DNA of 64,000 nucleotides from an uncultured Prevotellaceae bacterium (GTDB lineage Bacteria; Bacteroidota; Bacteroidia; Bacteroidales; Bacteroidaceae): NCBI GenBank assembly GCA_902767775.1, contig CACXIP010000010.1, positions 29,662 to 93,661 of the forward strand, read 5' to 3'. Shown piece by piece: positions 62,152 to 64,000 of this stretch (position 1 is its first letter; each line of letters starts with the position of its first letter). The notes under the pieces were generated by a model. It saw only the letters and a program-made list of their open reading frames with translations, ran no database searches and was not told where the DNA came from. The position numbers and the translations under genes were made by a program.

Positions 62152-63978
62152 CTATGAGTTATGGAATGCCTCAAAGATAATTTTAGCCTTTGCTGCTCCC
62201 ACCACGTCGGTGAGTTCTTCCAAGGAAGCTGAGCGGATGCGTTTCACAGAGTGGAATTTCTTCAGGAGGGCGTCTCGGGTCTTTGGACCAATGCCCTTGA
62301 TTTCATCGAGTTCAGATTTCAAGGCATGCTTACTGCGCTTGTCGCGGTGAAACTGTATGGCATAGCGGTGTACCTCATCCTGTATCTGTGCCAGGATATG
62401 GAAAAGTTCGCTGTCGGTCTTCATTCCGATGACCACCGGAGGGAAGCCAAAGAGCAATTCATTGGTGCGATGGCGGTCGTCTTTCGCCAGTCCGGCGATG
62501 GCGATGTCGAGGTGCAGTTCATCCTCCACCACCTGTCTGACCACTTCCATCTGTCCTTTTCCACCGTCGGTGATGATAAGGTCGGGTAGGGGAGTGCCTT
62601 CCTCCTGCATGCGGGAGTAACGCCGCCGTACCACCTCCTGCATTGAGGCATAGTCATCCGGCCCCACCACTGTCTTGATGTTGTATTTTCGGTAGTCTTT
62701 CTTGCTTGGGCGCATTCCCTTGAACACCACGCACGCCGCTACTGCATCGCTGCCGCTGATGTTGGAGTTGTCGAAGCACTCTATCTGGAAAGGCAGTTTG
62801 GGTAGTTTCAGCGCCATCTGCAGTTCCTTCATCAGACGTGTCTGGCGCTGCTCAGGATTGAGTTTCTCTGTCTGTTTCATCCTGTCCACCTTATACTGGC
62901 GCCCGTTCATCTCTGACAGTTCAAGCAGGTGTTTCTTGTCTCCCCTCTGCGGTATGAAGAGTTCAACACCCTCGGGTTTCCACTCCAAGGGGATGGGAAC
63001 GATGACCTCACGGGCAGAACTCTTAAACCGTTCTCTGATTTCCGGAATTGCCAAGGCAAGGAGTTCGGCATCACTCTCCTCCAATTTTCTCTTATACTCG
63101 ATGGTGAACGCCTGATTGATGCTGCCGTTGGTCACGTGCATGTAGTTGACGAATGCCGTTCCTCGGTGGTCGTCGTTGGTGATGCTGAAAACATCTATAT
63201 TATTGATGGTGTGGCTCACCACCTCGCTTTTGGCGCAGTAGTTGTCGAGCAGCGCCACCAGTTGCTTGATGTTTTCCGCTTCCTCAAAGCGCAGTTCGGC
63301 AGCCCTTTTCATCATCTCCTCGGTGAGTTGGCGGAGCAGGTCACGTGTATTGCCCTTGAGAATCTCACGAGCCATCGTGATTTTCTGCTGGTAGTCCTCC
63401 AACGACTGTTTACCTATGCAAGGAGCATCGCAGATATGGATATGGTATTTCAGACAAGGTTTATATTTACCCTCCTTGATTTTGTCAGGAAGGATAGGCA
63501 TGTTGCAGGGCCTCGGCTTGAAGAGTTTCTTGATGACTTCAAGCATGGCGACCATGGAGGCCACATTGCTGTAAGGTCCGAAGTAAGTTCCCCATTTGCG
63601 GTTGATGGTGCGTGTCTTGAAGATACGTGGAAGTGGTTCGTTGGTCACGCATATGCTGGGGTAGGTCTTGCCGTCCTTGAGCAGCACGTTATACCGCGGC
63701 TTGTATTTTTTGATGAGGCTGTTTTCCAACAAGAGGGCGTCCTCCTCTGTCTTCACCACGGTATAGGTGATGTTGCGAATCTTGCTCACCAGCACCTTGG
63801 TCTTGAAACGGTCCACCTCCCGATGGAAGTAGGAGGCCACACGGCGCTTCAGGTTCTTGGCTTTGCCCACATAAATGATGACACCATCCTCATCCCAGTA
63901 CTGGTAGCTACCGGGTTGTTCGGGCATGTTGTCCACGATGTTTTTAAGCCTGTCCCTGACTTCCTGTTTGTCTGCCAT
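62152..63978 (-). CDS. uvrC: Excinuclease ABC subunit C
   Basis: 608 aa. The GIY-YIG N-terminus is PGSYQYWDEDGVIIYVGKAKNLKRRV. The UvrBC-interaction region, the endonuclease V-like domain (IECFDNSNISG) and the C-terminal (HhH)2 (IKGIGPKTRDALLKKF) are present. Confidence 0.97.
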   Translation of the reverse strand: MADKQEVRDRLKNIVDNMPEQPGSYQYWDEDGVIIYVGKAKNLKRRVASYFHREVDRFKTKVLVSKIRNITYTVVKTEEDALLLENSLIKKYKPRYNVLLKDGKTYPSICVTNEPLPRIFKTRTINRKWGTYFGPYSNVASMVAMLEVIKKLFKPRPCNMPILPDKIKEGKYKPCLKYHIHICDAPCIGKQSLEDYQQKITMAREILKGNTRDLLRQLTEEMMKRAAELRFEEAENIKQLVALLDNYCAKSEVVSHTINNIDVFSITNDDHRGTAFVNYMHVTNGSINQAFTIEYKRKLEESDAELLALAIPEIRERFKSSAREVIVPIPLEWKPEGVELFIPQRGDKKHLLELSEMNGRQYKVDRMKQTEKLNPEQRQTRLMKELQMALKLPKLPFQIECFDNSNISGSDAVAACVVFKGMRPSKKDYRKYNIKTVVGPDDYASMQEVVRRRYSRMQEEGTPLPDLIITDGGKGQMEVVRQVVEDELHLDIAIAGLAKDDRHRTNELLFGFPPVVIGMKTDSELFHILAQIQDEVHRYAIQFHRDKRSKHALKSELDEIKGIGPKTRDALLKKFHSVKRIRSASLEELTDVVGAAKAKIIFEAFHNS

Positions 63979-64000
63979 GTGACCTCTCTGCTACACCTGA

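Overview
This 64-kb window looks like a Bacteroidales (Prevotellaceae-like) chromosomal segment. All family names come from motif recognition by eye. No searches were run.

General picture:
- I support 37 protein-coding genes (one, a PAP2 phosphatase, has a disrupted 5' end), packed densely.
- I found no rRNA, tRNA, CRISPR array, transposase or integrase.
- The DNA is GC-rich at third codon positions, so almost every real gene has long spurious antisense ORFs in the track.

Content from left to right:
- A PAP2 acid phosphatase with a T9SS-like tail and a disrupted 5' end.
- A transmembrane HTH regulator followed by an outer-membrane (OM) beta-barrel.
- RNase R and a hemolysin-III family protein.
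- A complete beta-glucan polysaccharide utilization locus (PUL): SusC-like, SusD-like, a surface lipoprotein with three CBM-like modules, BACON-GH16 and GH3, followed by a DUF6377-type transmembrane regulator.
- An OM beta-barrel with an N-terminal helix-hairpin-helix motif.
- A minus-strand run of zinc-ribbon protein, LtaS-like sulfatase, an SGNH hydrolase and a double SGNH esterase.
- cysS, a second OM barrel with a Gly/Arg tail, kdgK and a CoA-transferase.
- An accessory-looking minus-strand block at 37.7-51.3 kb: lemA, DUF2207, a Kelch-sensor/TM/AraC regulator, a 1030-aa BspA-type LRR protein and a 2095-aa giant protein. Both large proteins carry T9SS-like tails.
- Housekeeping genes: a TrmH-like methyltransferase, sufE, a U32 peptidase, lgt, ychF, polA, a polyprenyl synthase, deoC, a MazG-like protein, dtd and uvrC.

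Most interesting observations:
1. The regulator + LRR + giant T9SS cargo locus. The giant gene contains an AT-rich, alpha-helical insert with a colicin-like hydrophobic helical hairpin and a Cys/Lys cluster.
2. Several families of 7-9-nt tandem repeats sit exactly at gene boundaries. They sometimes supply start or stop codons. In one case they flank a low-GC four-helix-bundle gene as inverted arrays.
3. A perfect 44-bp tandem duplication lies between susC and susD.
4. A frameshift at a T7 tract falls in the signal peptide of the phosphatase.
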